A stretch of DNA of 64,000 nucleotides. It comes from Eledone cirrhosa (Eukaryota). The stretch lies in the NCBI GenBank assembly GCA_964016885.1, contig OZ024744.1, forward strand, positions 53,444,001 to 53,508,000. Direction: 5' to 3'. Below are positions 1 to 14,685 of this stretch, piece after piece. The notes beneath the pieces are model-generated. The model ran no database searches. It saw only the letters and a program-made list of their open reading frames with translations, and was not told where the DNA came from. The position numbers and the translations under genes were made by a program. Every line of letters begins with the position of its first letter. Positions within the stretch are counted from its first letter, which is position 1.

Positions 1-3000
1 ATGACCACCAGCATTCTCACCACCATCACCATTATCACTATGACCACCAGCACTCTCACCAACATTACTATGAACACCAGAACCATCACCAACACCACCA
101 ATATCACTATGACCACCAGAACACTCAGCAATATTACTATGACTACCAGCACTCTCATCTATATCACTATGACCACCAGCACTGTCACAAAAATTATCAA
201 AATAACTATGACCACAGCATTATCCACAATTTCAATATGACCAACAGCACTCTCACCAACATCACTTTGACCACCAGCACTCATACCAATATTACTATGA
301 CCACCAGCTCTCTCACCAATATCACTATGACCACCAGCACTCTTACCAATATTACTATGACAAACAGCTCTCTCACCAATATCACTATGACCACCAGCAC
401 TCTCACCAACATCACCACCAGCCCTTTCTAACATAACCAATATCTTTACGACAAGCACCACTCTCAGCAACATCACTATGACCACCAGGACCCCCACCAA
501 CATCACTATGATCACCAGCACTCTCACCAATATCACTATGACCACCAGCACTCTCACCTATATCACTAGTATAACCAGTATTCTCACCGACATCACTATG
601 ACCACCAGCACTCTCACCAAAATCACTATGACCACCAGTACCAGCACCAATATCGGCAATATCACTAGGACCACCAGCACTTTCACCAAAATCACAAATA
701 TCACTATAACCACAGGCGCTCTCACCAATAATACTATGACCTCCAGCACTCTTACTAATATTAATATGACCGCCAGCTCTCTGACCAATATCACTATGAC
801 CACCAGCATTCTCATCGACATCATTATGACCACCCGTAATGTCACCGACATCACTATCAAAACTAGCACTCGCACCACATCACTATGACCACCAGCACTC
901 TCACCAACATCACTATGACCACCAAACCCAGCAACAACATCACCAATATCACTATGACCACCAGCACTGTCACCAAAATCACCAATATCACTATGACCAC
1001 TAACACTCTCACCAACATCACGAATATCACTATCACCACCAGCACTGTCACCAACATCATCAATATCACTATGACCACCAGCATTATCACCAATTTCAAT
1101 ATGACCACCACACCCTCACCAACATCACTATGGCCACCAGCACTCTCACTCATATCACTATGAACGCCAGCACCATCACCAACACCACCAATATCACTAT
1201 TACCACCAGAACACTCAGCAATATTACTATGACTACCAGCACTCTCACCTATATCACTATGACCACCAGCACTGTCAGCAAAATCACCAATATCACTATC
1301 ACCACCAGCACTCTCACCAACATCACCAATATCACTATGGCCACCAGCACTGTCACCAACATCACTATGACAACTAGCACTCGCACCAACATCACTATGA
1401 CCACCAGCACTCTCACGAACATCAGCAATATCTCTGTGACCACCAAGACTCACAACAACATCACTATGACCATCAGCACTATCACCAGCATCACCAATAT
1501 CACTATAACCACAGGCACTCTCACCAGTGTCACTATGACCTACAGCACTCTTACCAATATTACTATGACCACCAGCCCTCTCACCAACGCCACTATAACC
1601 ACAGGCACTCTCACCATTATCATTATGACCACCAGCTTTCACAACAACATCACTATGACGACCAGCATTCTCTTCAACATCACCAATATCTCTATGACCA
1701 ACAGCACTCTCACCAACATCACTATGACCTCCAGCACCAGCACCAACATCACAAATATCACTATCACCACCAGCACTGTCACCAACATTATCAATATCAC
1801 TATGACCACCAGCATTATCACCAATATCACTATGACCACCAGAACACTCAGCAATATTACTATGACTACCAGCACTCTCACCTATATCACTATGACCACC
1901 AGCTCTATCTAACATAACATTACTATGACCACCAGCTCTCTCACCACTATCTCTATGACCACCACCGCTCTCACCAACATCACTCTGACCATCAGCACTC
2001 TCACCATCAGCACTATGACCATCATCACCATCACCAAATTCATCAATATCACTCTGAACCCCAGCTCTCTCACCGCCATCACTATGACCACCAGTTCTCT
2101 CTAACATAACCAACATTTCTGCGACCACCAACACTCTCACAAAAATTACTATGACCACCAGCAATCTCACCAAGATCACCAATATCAAAATGACCACAAG
2201 CACTCTCAGCAACCTCACTATGACCAGCATCACTCTCACCAACATCACTATGACCACCAGCAATCTCACCAACATCACTATGAACACCATCACCATCACC
2301 AAATTCACTAATATCACTCTAACCACCAGCCCTCTCACCAACATCACTATGACCACCAGCTCTCTCTAACATAACCAATATCTCTACAACCACCACCACT
2401 CTCACCAACATTACTATGACCACCAGCACTCTCACCAACATCACTATGACCACCAGACACTCTCACCTATATCACTATGACAACCGGCATTCTCACCCAC
2501 ATCACTATGACCACCAGCACTCTCACCAACATCACCATGACCACCAGACCCAGCACCAATATCACCAATATCATTATGACCACCAGCACTGTCACCAAAA
2601 TCACCAATATCACTATGACCACCGGCACTCTCACCAACATCACCAATATCAATATGACCACCAGCACTCTCACCAACATCACTCTGACAACTAGCACTCG
2701 CACCAACATCACTATGACCAGCAACACTCACAACAACATCACTATGACCATAAGCACTCTCACGAGCATCAGCAACAGCACCAACATTACTATGACCACC
2801 AGCACTCTCGCCAATATCATCAATATCACTGTGACCCCTAGCACTCTCACCAACATCACTATGACCACTAGCTTTGTCACCAACATCATTATTACCACCA
2901 GCTCTCTCACCTATATCAATATGACAACCAGTACTCTCAGCAACATTACTATGACCACCAGCACTCTCTCCAACATCACCATGAACAGCAGTACTCTCAC

Positions 3001-3509
3001 CAACATCACTATGATCAATCAGCACTCTCACCAACATCACTATGATCAATCAGCACTCTCACCAACATCACCAATATCACAATGACCACAAGCACTCTCA
3101 CCAGAATCACCAATATCAGTATACCCACCGGCACCCTCACCCACATCAACGTCACCAACATTACTAATACCACCAGCATTCTCATCGACATCATTATGAC
3201 CACCAGCACTCTCACCAACATCACCAATATCACTATGAGCACCAGCAGTCTCACGAATATCACTATAACCTTCATCACTCTTACCAATATTACAATAACC
3301 ACCAGCTCTCTCACCAATATCACTATGACTACCACCACCCAAACCAACATTACTATGACCACCAGCACTCTCAGCAACATCACTGTCACCAGCACTATCA
3401 CCAATATTATTATGACCACCAGCACACTCACGAACATCAGCAATATCACTATGACCACCAACACTCTCAACCATATCACTATGACCACCAGCACTCTCAC
3501 CAGCATCAA

Positions 3510-6500
3510 AAATATCTCTATGATCACCGGCACCCTCACCAACATCACCAATATTACTATGGCCACCAGCAACCTCACCCACATTACTACTACCACCAGC
3601 ATTCTCACCGACATCACTATGACCACCCGTACTCTCACCAACATCACTATGACCATCTGCACTCTCAACAACATCACTATGACCACCATCACCATCACCA
3701 AATTCACCAATATCTCTACGACAACTACCACTCTCACCAATGTTATTATGACCATCAGCACTCTCACCAATATCACTATGACCATCAGCACCCTCACCAA
3801 CATCACTATGACCACCATCACTCTCACCAATATCACTATGACCACCAGCTCTTTCACCATCGTCACTATGACCACCAGCAATCTCCCTATCATCACCAAT
3901 ATCTCTATGGCCACCAGCACTCTCATCAACATTACTATGACTAACAGCACTCTCACCAACATCACTATGACCACCTGCACCAGCACCGACATCATCAGTA
4001 TCACTCTGAACACTAGCACTCTCATCAACAGCACTATGACCACCAGTACCCACACAAACATCACTACGACCACCAGCACTCTCCCCAACATCACTATGAC
4101 CACGAGCACTCTCACCAACATCACTATGACCAACAGCACTCTCACCAACATCACCAATATCACTATGACCACCAGCACTATCACCAATTTCACTATGACC
4201 ACCAGCACCCTCACCAACATCACTATGACCACCAGCACTCTCACTCATATCACTATGAACGCCAACACCACCAATATCACTATGACCACCAGCACTCACA
4301 GCAATATTACTGAGTACCAGCACTCTCACCTATATCACTATGAACACCAGCATCTCACAAACGTTACTATGACGACCAGCACTCTCACCCACATCATTAT
4401 GAACACCAGCACACTCACCAACATCATTATGACCACCAGAACGCTCACCAGCATTCTCAATAACATCAACAATATCACTATGACCAACAGCACTCTCACC
4501 AACATCAATATGACCACTGGCTTTATCACCAACATCACTATGACCGCCAGCACCCTCACCAACGTCACCGATATCATTATGAACACCAGCACGATCATCA
4601 ACATCACCGATAGCACTATGACCACCAGCACTCCCCGCAACATCACTATGACCACCAGAACTCTCACCAATATCACTATGAACACCAGCACTCGCACCAA
4701 CATCACTATGACAACCAGCACTCTCACCAACATTACTATGACCACCAGTACTCTAGCCAACATTACTATCACCACCAACACTCTCATCAACATTATTATG
4801 ACCACCAGCACTCTCACCAACATCACCGATATCACTAATGCACAGCACCCTCATCAACATTATTATGACCACCAATATTTTCACCATCATCACTATGACC
4901 ACCAGCACTCTCACCAATATCACCGATATCACTCTGACCACCAGCACAATCAGCAACATCACCAATATCACTATAACCAGCAGCACTCCCTCAACATCAC
5001 TATGACCACAAGATATCTCACCAATATCTCTATGATCACCGGCACCCTCACCAACATCACCAATATTACTATGGCCACCAGCAACCTCACCCACATTACT
5101 ACTACCACCAGCATTCTCACCGACATCACTATGACCACCCGTACTCTCACCAACATCATTATGACCATCTGCACTCTCAACAACATCACTATGACCACCA
5201 TCACCATCACCAAATTCACCAAAATCACTATGACCACCAGCTCTCTCACCAACATCACTATGACCACCAGCTATCTCTAACATAACCAATATCTCTACGA
5301 CAACCACCACTCTCACCAATGTTATTATGACCATCAGCACTCTCACCAATATCACTATGACCATCAGCACCCTCACCAACATCACTATGACCACCATCAC
5401 TCTCACCAATATCACTATGACCACCAGCTCTTTCACCATCGTCACTATGACCACCAGCAATCTCCCTATCATCACCAATATCTCTATGGCCACCAGCACT
5501 CTCATCAACATTACTATGACTAACAGCACTCTCACCAACATCACTATGACCACCTGCACCAGCACCGACATCATCAGTATCACTCTGAACACTAGCACTC
5601 TCATCAACATCACTATGACCACCAGTACCCACACAAACATCACTACGACCACCAGCGCTCTCCCCAACATCACTATGACCACGAGCACTCTCACCAACAT
5701 CACTATGACCAACAGCACTCTCACCAACATCACCAATATCACTATGACCACCAGCACTATCACCAATTTCACTATGACCACCAGCACCCTCACCAACATC
5801 ACTATGACCACCAGCACTCTCACTCATATCACTATGAACGCCAACACCACCAATATCACTATGACCACCAGCACTCACAGCAATATTACTATGAGTACCA
5901 GCACTCTCACCTATATCACTATGACCACCAGCATCTCACAAACATTACTATGACGACCAGCACTCTCACCCACATCACTATGAACACCAGCCCACTCACC
6001 AACATCATTATGACCACCAGAACGCTCACCAGCATTCTCAATAACATCAACAATATCACTATGACCAACAGCACTCTCACCAACATCAATATGACCACTG
6101 GCTTTATCACCAACATCACTATGACCGCCAGCACCCTCACCAACGTCACCGATATCATTATGAACACCAGCACGATCATCAACATCACCGATAGCACTAT
6201 GACCACCAGCACTCCCCGCAACATCACTATGACCACCAGAACTCTCACCAATATCACTATGAACACCAGCACTCGCACCAACATCACTATGACAACCAGC
6301 ACTCTCACCAACATTACTATGACCACCAGTACTCTAGCCAACATTACTATCACCACCAACACTCTCATCAACTTTATTATGACCACCAGCACTCTCACCA
6401 ACATCACCGATATCACTAATGCACAGCACCCTCATCAACATTATTATGACCACCAATATTCTCACCATCATCACTATGACCACCAGCACTCTCACCAATA

Positions 6501-9500
6501 TCACCGATATCACTCTGACCACCAGCACAATCAGCAACATCACCTATATCTCTATGACCACCAGCCCATTCACCAATATCACTCTGACCACCAGCACTCT
6601 CACCAACATCACTATGACCACCAGCTCCCTCACCAACATCACAAATATCACTATGACCTCCGGCACCACCATCAATATCACCAATATCACTATGACCAGC
6701 AGCACTCCCTCAACATCACTATGACCACAAGATATCTCACCAACATCTCTATGAACACCGGCACCCTCACCAACATCACCAATATTACTATGGCCACCAG
6801 CAACCTCACCCACATTACTACTACCACCAGCATTCTCACCGACTCAACTATGACCACCCGTACTCTCACCAACATCACTATGACCATCTGCACTCTCAAC
6901 AACATCACTATGACCACCATCACCGTCACCAAATTCACCAAAATCACTATGACCACCAGCTCTCTCACCAACATCACTATGACCACCAGCTATCTCTAAC
7001 ATAACCAATATCTCTACGACAACCACCACTCTCACCAATGTTATTATGACCATCAGCACTCTCACCAATATCACTATGACCATCAGCACCCTCACCAACA
7101 TCACTATGACCACCATCACTCTCACCAATATCACTATGACCACCAGCTCTTTCACCATCGTCACTATGACCACCAGCAATCTCCCTATCATCACCAATAT
7201 CTCTATGGCCACCAGCACTCTCATCAACATTACTATGACTAACAGCACTCTCACCAACATCACTATGACCACCTGCACCAGCACCGACATCATCAGTATC
7301 ACTCTGAACACTAGCACTCTCATCAACATCACTATGACCACCAGTACCCACACAAACATCACTACGACCACCAGCACTCTCCCCAACATCACTATGACCA
7401 ACAGCACTCTCACCAACATCACCAATATCACTATGACCACCAGCACCCTCACCAACATCACTATGACCAACAGCACTCTCACTCATATCACTATGAACGC
7501 CAACACCACCAATATCACTATTACCACCAGCACTCACAGCAATATTACTATGAGTACAAGCACTCTCACCTATATCACTATGACCACCAGCATCTCACAA
7601 ACATTACTATGACGACCAGCACTCTCACCCACATCACTATGAACACCAGCACACTCACCAACATCATTATGACCACCAGAACGCTCACCAGCATTCTCAA
7701 TAACATCAACAATATCATTATGACCAACAGCACTCTCACCAACATCAATATGACCACTGGCTTTATCACCAACATCACTATGACCGCCAGCACCCTCACC
7801 AACGTCACCGATATCATTATGAACACCAGCACGATCATCAACATCACCGATAGCACTATGACCACCAGCACTCCCCGCAACATCACTATGACCACCAGAA
7901 CTCTCACCAATATCACTATGAACACCAGCACTCGCACCAACATCACTATGACAACCAGCACTCTCACCAACATTACTATGACCACCAGTACTCTAGCCAA
8001 CATTACTATCACCACCAACACTCTGATCAACATTATTATGACCACCAGCACTCTCACCAACATCACCAATATCACTAATGCACAGCACCCTCATCAACAT
8101 TATTATGACCACCAATATTCTCACCATCATCACTATGACCACCAGCACTCTCACCAATATCACCGATATCACTCTGACCACCAGCACAATCAGCAATATC
8201 ACCTATATCTCTATGACCACCAGCCCATTCACCAATATCACTCTGACCACCAGCACTCTCACCAACATCACTATGACCACCAGCTCCCTCACCAACATCA
8301 CCAATATCACTATGACCTCCGGCACCACCATCAATATCACCAATATCACTATGACCAGCAGCACTCCCTCAACATCACTATGACCACAAGATATCTCACC
8401 AACATCTCTATGAACACCGGCACCCTCACCAACATCACCAATATTACTATGGCCACCAGCAACCTCACCCACATTACTACTACCACCAGCATTCTCACCG
8501 ACTCCACTATGACCACCCGTACTCTCACCAACATCACTATGACCATCTGCACTCTCAACAACATCACTATGACCACCATCACCATCACCAAATTCACCAA
8601 AATCACTATGACCACCAGCTCTCTCACCAACATCACTATGACCACCAGCTATCTCTAACATAACCAATATCTCTACGACAACCACCACTCTCACCAATGT
8701 TATTATGACCATCAGCACTCTCACCAATATCACTATGACCAACAGCACTCTCACCAACATCACCAATATCACTATGACCACCAGCACTATCACCAATTTC
8801 ACTATGACCACCAGCACCCTCACCAACATCACTATGACCACCAGCACTCTCACTCATATCACTATGAACGCCAACACCACCAATATCACTATGACCACCA
8901 GCACTCACAGCAATATTACTATGAGTACCAGCACTCTCACCTATATCACTATGAACACCAGCATCTCACAAACATTACTATGACGACCAGCACTCTCACC
9001 CACATCATTATGAACACCAGCACACTCACCAACATCATTATGACCACCAGAACGCTCACCAGCATTCTCAATAACATCAACAATATCACTATGACCAACA
9101 GCACTCTCACCAACATCAATATGACCACTGGCTTTATCACCAACATCACTATGACCGCCAGCACCCTCACCAACGTAACCGATATCATTATGAACACCAG
9201 CACGATCATCAACATCACCGATAGCACTATGACCACCAGCACTCCCCGCAACATCACTATGACCACCAGAACTCTCACCAATATCACTATGAACACCAGC
9301 ACTCGCACCAACATCACTATGACAACCAGCACTCTCACCAACATTACTATGACCACCAGTACTCTAGCCAACATTACTATCACCACCAACACTCTCATCA
9401 ACATTATTATGACCACCAGCACTCTCACCAACATCACCGATATCACTAATGCACAGCACCCTCATCAACATTATTATGACCACCAATATTTTCACCATCA

Positions 9501-12500
9501 TCACTATGACCACCAGCACTCTCACCAATATCACCGATATCACTCTGACCACCAGCACAATCAGCAACATCACCAATATCACTATAACCAGCAGCACTCC
9601 CTCAACATCACTATGACCACAAGATATATCACCAATATCTCTATGATCACCGGCACCCTCACCAACATCACCAATATTACTATGGCCACCAGCAACCTCA
9701 CCCACATTACTACTACCACCAGCATTCTCACCGACATCACTATGACCACCCGTACTCTCACCAACATCATTATGACCATCTGCACTCTCAACAACATCAC
9801 TATGACCACCATCACCATCACCAAATTCACCAAAATCACTATGACCACCAGCTCTCTCACCAACATCACTATGACCACCAGCTATCTCTAACATAAGCAA
9901 TATCTCTACGACAACCACCACTCTCACCAATGTTATTATGACCATCAGCACTCTCACCAATATCACTATGACCATCAGCACCCTCACCAACATCACTATG
10001 ACCACCATCACTCTCACCAATATCACTATGACCACCAGCTCTTTCACCATCGTCACTATGACCACCAGCAATCTCCCTATCATCACCAATATCTCTATGG
10101 CCACCAGCACTCTCATCAACATTACTATGACTAACAGCACTCTCACCAACATCACTATGACCACCTGCACCAGCACCGACATCATCAGTATCACTCTGAA
10201 CACTAGCACTCTCATCAACATCACTATGACCACCAGTACCCACACAAACATCACTACGACCACCAGCGCTCTCCCCAACATCACTATGACCACGAGCACT
10301 CTCACCAACATCACTATGACCAACAGCACTCTCACCAACATCACCAATATCACTATGACCACCAGCACTATCACCAATTTCACTATGACCACCAGCACCC
10401 TCACCAACATCACTATGACCACCAGCACTCTCACTCATATCACTATGAACGCCAACACCACCAATATCACTATGACCACCAGCACTCACAGCAATATTAC
10501 TATGAGTACCAGCACTCTCACCTATATCACTATGACCACCAGCATCTCACAAACATTACTATGACGACCAGCACTCTCACCCACATCACTATGAACACCA
10601 GCCCACTCACCAACATCATTATGACCACCAGAACGCTCACCAGCATTCTCAATAACATCAACAATATCACTATGACCAACAGCACTCTCACCAACATCAA
10701 TATGACCACTGGCTTTATCACCAACATCACTATGACCGCCAGCACCCTCACCAACGTCACCGATATCATTATGAACACCAGCACGATCATCAACATCACC
10801 GATAGCACTATGACCACCAGCACTCCCCGCAACATCACTATGACCACCAGAACTCTCACCAATATCACTATGAACACCAGCACTCGCACCAACATCACTA
10901 TGACAACCAGCACTCTCACCAACATTACTATGACCACCAGTACTCTAGCCAACATTACTATCACCACCAACACTCTCATCAACATTATTATGACCACCAG
11001 CACTCTCACCAACATCACCGATATCACTAATGCACAGCACCCTCATCAACATTATTATGACCACCAATATTCTCACCATCATCACTATGACCACCAGCAC
11101 TCTCACCAATATCACCGATATCACTCTGACCACCAGCACAATCAGCAACATCACCTATATCTCTATGACCACCAGCCCATTCACCAATATCACTCTGACC
11201 ACCAGCACTCTCACCAACATCACTATGACCACCAGCTCCCTCACCAACATCACAAATATCACTATAACCTCCGGCACCACCATCAATATCACCAATATCA
11301 CTATGACCAGCAGCACTCCCTCAACATCACTATGACCACAAGATATCTCACCAACATCTCTATGAACACCGGCACCCTCACCAACATCACCAATATTACT
11401 ATGGCCACCAGCAACCTCACCCACATTACTACTACCACCAGCATTCTCACCGACTCCACTATGACCACCCGTACTCTCACCAACATCACTATGACCATCT
11501 GCACTCTCAACAACATCACTATGACCACCATCACCGTCACCAAATTCACCAAAATCACTATGACCACCAGCTCTCTCTAACATAACCAATATCTCTACGA
11601 CAACCACCACTCTCACCAATGTTATTATGACCATCAGCACTCTCACCAATATCACTATGACCATCAGCACCCTCACCAACATCACTATGACCACCATCAC
11701 TCTCACCAATATCACTATGACCACCAGCTCTTTCACCATCGTCACTATGACCACCAGCAATCTCCCTATCATCACCAATATCTCTATGGCCACCAGCACT
11801 CTCATCAACATTACTATGACTAACAGCACTCTCACCAACATCACTATGACCACCTGCACCAGCACCGACATCATCAGTATCACTCTGAACACTAGCACTC
11901 TCATCAACATCACTATGACCACCAGTACCCACACAAACATCACTACGACCACCAGCACTCTCCCCAACATCACTATGACCAACAGCACTCTCACCAACAT
12001 CACCAATATCACTATGACCACCAGCACCCTCACCAACATCACTATGACCAACAGCACTCTCACTCATATCACTATGAACGCCAACACCACCAATATCACT
12101 ATTACCACCAGCACTCACAGCAATATTACTATGAGTACAAGCACTCTCACCTATATCACTATGACCACCAGCATCTCACAAACATTACTATGACGACCAG
12201 CACTCTCACCCACATCACTATGAACACCAGCACACTCACCAACATCATTATGACCACCAGAACGCTCACCAGCATTCTCAATAACATCAACAATATCATT
12301 ATGACCAACAGCACTCTCACCAACATCAATATGACCACTGGCTTTATCACCAACATCACTATGACTGCCAGCACCCTCACCAACGTCACCGATATCATTA
12401 TGAACACCAGCACGATCATCAACATCACCGATAGCACTATGACCACCAGCACTCCCCGCAACATCACTATGACCACCAGAACTCTCACCAATATCACTAT

Positions 12501-14685
12501 GAACACCAGCACTCGCACCAACATCACTATGACAACCAGCACTCTCACCAACATTACTATGACCACCAGTACTCTAGCCAACATTACTATCACCACCAAC
12601 ACTCTGATCAACATTATTATGACCACCAGCACTCTCACCAACATCACCAATATCACTAATGCACAGCACCCTCATCAACATTATTATGACCACCAATATT
12701 CTCACCATCATCACTATGACCACCAGCACTCTCACCAATATCACCGATATCACTCTGACCACCAGCACAATCAGCAATATCACCTATATCTCTATGACCA
12801 CCAGCCCATTCACCAATATCACTCTGACCACCAGCACTCTCACCAACATCACTATGACCACCAGCTCCCTCACCAACATCACCAATATCACTATGACCTC
12901 CGGCACCACCATCAATATCACCAATATCACTATGACCAGCAGCACTCCCTCAACATCACTATGACCACAAGATATCTCACCAACATCTCTATGAACACCG
13001 GCACCCTCACCAACATCACCAATATTACTATGGCCACCAGCAACCTCACCCACATTACTACTACCACCAGCATTCTCACCGACTCCACTATGACCACCCG
13101 TACTCTCACCAACATCACTATGACCATCTGCACTCTCAACAACATCACTATGACCACCATCACCATCACCAAATTCACCAAAATCACTATGACCACCAGC
13201 TCTCTCACCAACATCACTATGACCACCAGCTATCTCTAACATAACCAATATCTCTACGACAACCACCACTCTCACCAATGTTATTATGACCATCAGCACT
13301 CTCACCAATATCACTATGACCATCAGCACCCTCACCAACATCACTATGATCACCATCACTCTCACCAATATCACTATGACCACCAGCTCTTTCACCATCG
13401 TCACTATGACCACCAGCAATCTCCCTATCATCACCAATATCTCTATGGCCACCAGCACTCTCATCAACATTACTATGACTAACAGCACTCTCACCAACAT
13501 CACTATGACCACCTGCACCAGCACCGACATCATCAGTATCACTCTGAACACTAGCACTCTCGTCAACATCACTATGACCACCAGTACCCACACAAATATC
13601 ACTACGACCACCGGCACTCTCCCCAACATCACTATGACCAACAGCACTCTCATCAACATCACCAATATCACTATGACCACCAGCACTATCACCAATTTCA
13701 CTATGACCACCAGCACCCTCACCAACATCACTATGACCAACAGCACTCTCACTCATATCACTATGAACGCCAACACCACCAATATCACTATTACCACCAG
13801 CACTCACAGCAATATTACTATGAGTACAAGCACTCTCACCTATATCACTATGACCACCAGCATCTCACAAACATTACTATGACGACCAGCACTCTCACCC
13901 ACATCACTATGAACACCAGCACACTCACCAACATCATTATGACCACCAGAACGCTCACCAGCATTCTCAATAACATCAACAATATCATTATGACCAACAG
14001 CACTCTCACCAACAGCAATATGACCACTGGCTTTATCACCAACATCACTATGACCGCCAGCACCCTCACCAACGTCTCCGATATCATTATGAACACCAGC
14101 ACGATCATCAACATCACCGATAGCACTATGACCACCAGCACTCCCCGCAACATCACTATGACCACCAGAACTCTCACCAATATTACTATGAACACCAGCA
14201 CTCGCACCAACATCACTATGACAACCAGCACTCTCACCAACATTACTATGACCACCAGTACTCTAGCCAACATTACTATCACCACCAACACTCTCATCAA
14301 CATTATTATGACCACCAGCACTCTCACCAACATCACCAATATCACTAATGCACCACACCCTCATCAACATTATTATGACCACCAATATTCTCACCATCAT
14401 CACTATGACCACCAGCACTCTCACCAATATCACCGATATCACTCTGACCACCAGCACAATCAGCAACATCACCTATATCTCTATGACCACCAGCCCATTC
14501 ACCAATATCACTCTGACCACCAGCACTCTCACCAACATCACTATGACCACAAGCTCCCTCACCAACATCACCAATATCACTATGACCTCCGGCACCACCA
14601 TCAATATCACCAATATCACTATGACCAGCAGCACTCCCTCAACATCACTATGACCACAAGATATATCACCAACATCTCTATGACC
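3510..14685 (+). repeat. Homogeneous higher-order repeat, about 7 units of 1.37-1.69 kb
   Basis: The landmark TAATGCAC(A)GCACCC and the equivalent 165-aa minus ORFs begin at 4338, 5919, 7578, 8949, 10530, 12159 and 13848. Spacings are 1581, 1659, 1371, 1581, 1629 and 1689 bp, and units are nearly identical. Confidence 0.95.
4120..13320 (+). repeat. Tandem duplication of a ~4.6 kb block made of three HOR units
   Basis: Offsets are 4338->8949 = 4611, 5919->10530 = 4611 and 7578->12159 = 4581. Diagnostic variants pair unit 1 with 4 (ATATTTTCACC, missing 138-bp segment), 2 with 5 (AGCCCACTC, ACCGTCACC) and 3 with 6 (CTCTGATCAAC). Confidence 0.92.

Noticed and set aside
1-240. ATG at base 1 as a true start codon
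   Set aside because: Nearly every monomer begins with ATG, upstream context is not visible, and the frame breaks at ~215.
3510-14685. Frameshifts as long-read sequencing errors
   Set aside because: The same indels recur at identical positions in each HOR copy and in other paralogous blocks, which fits inheritance by duplication. Isolated indels elsewhere could still be errors.
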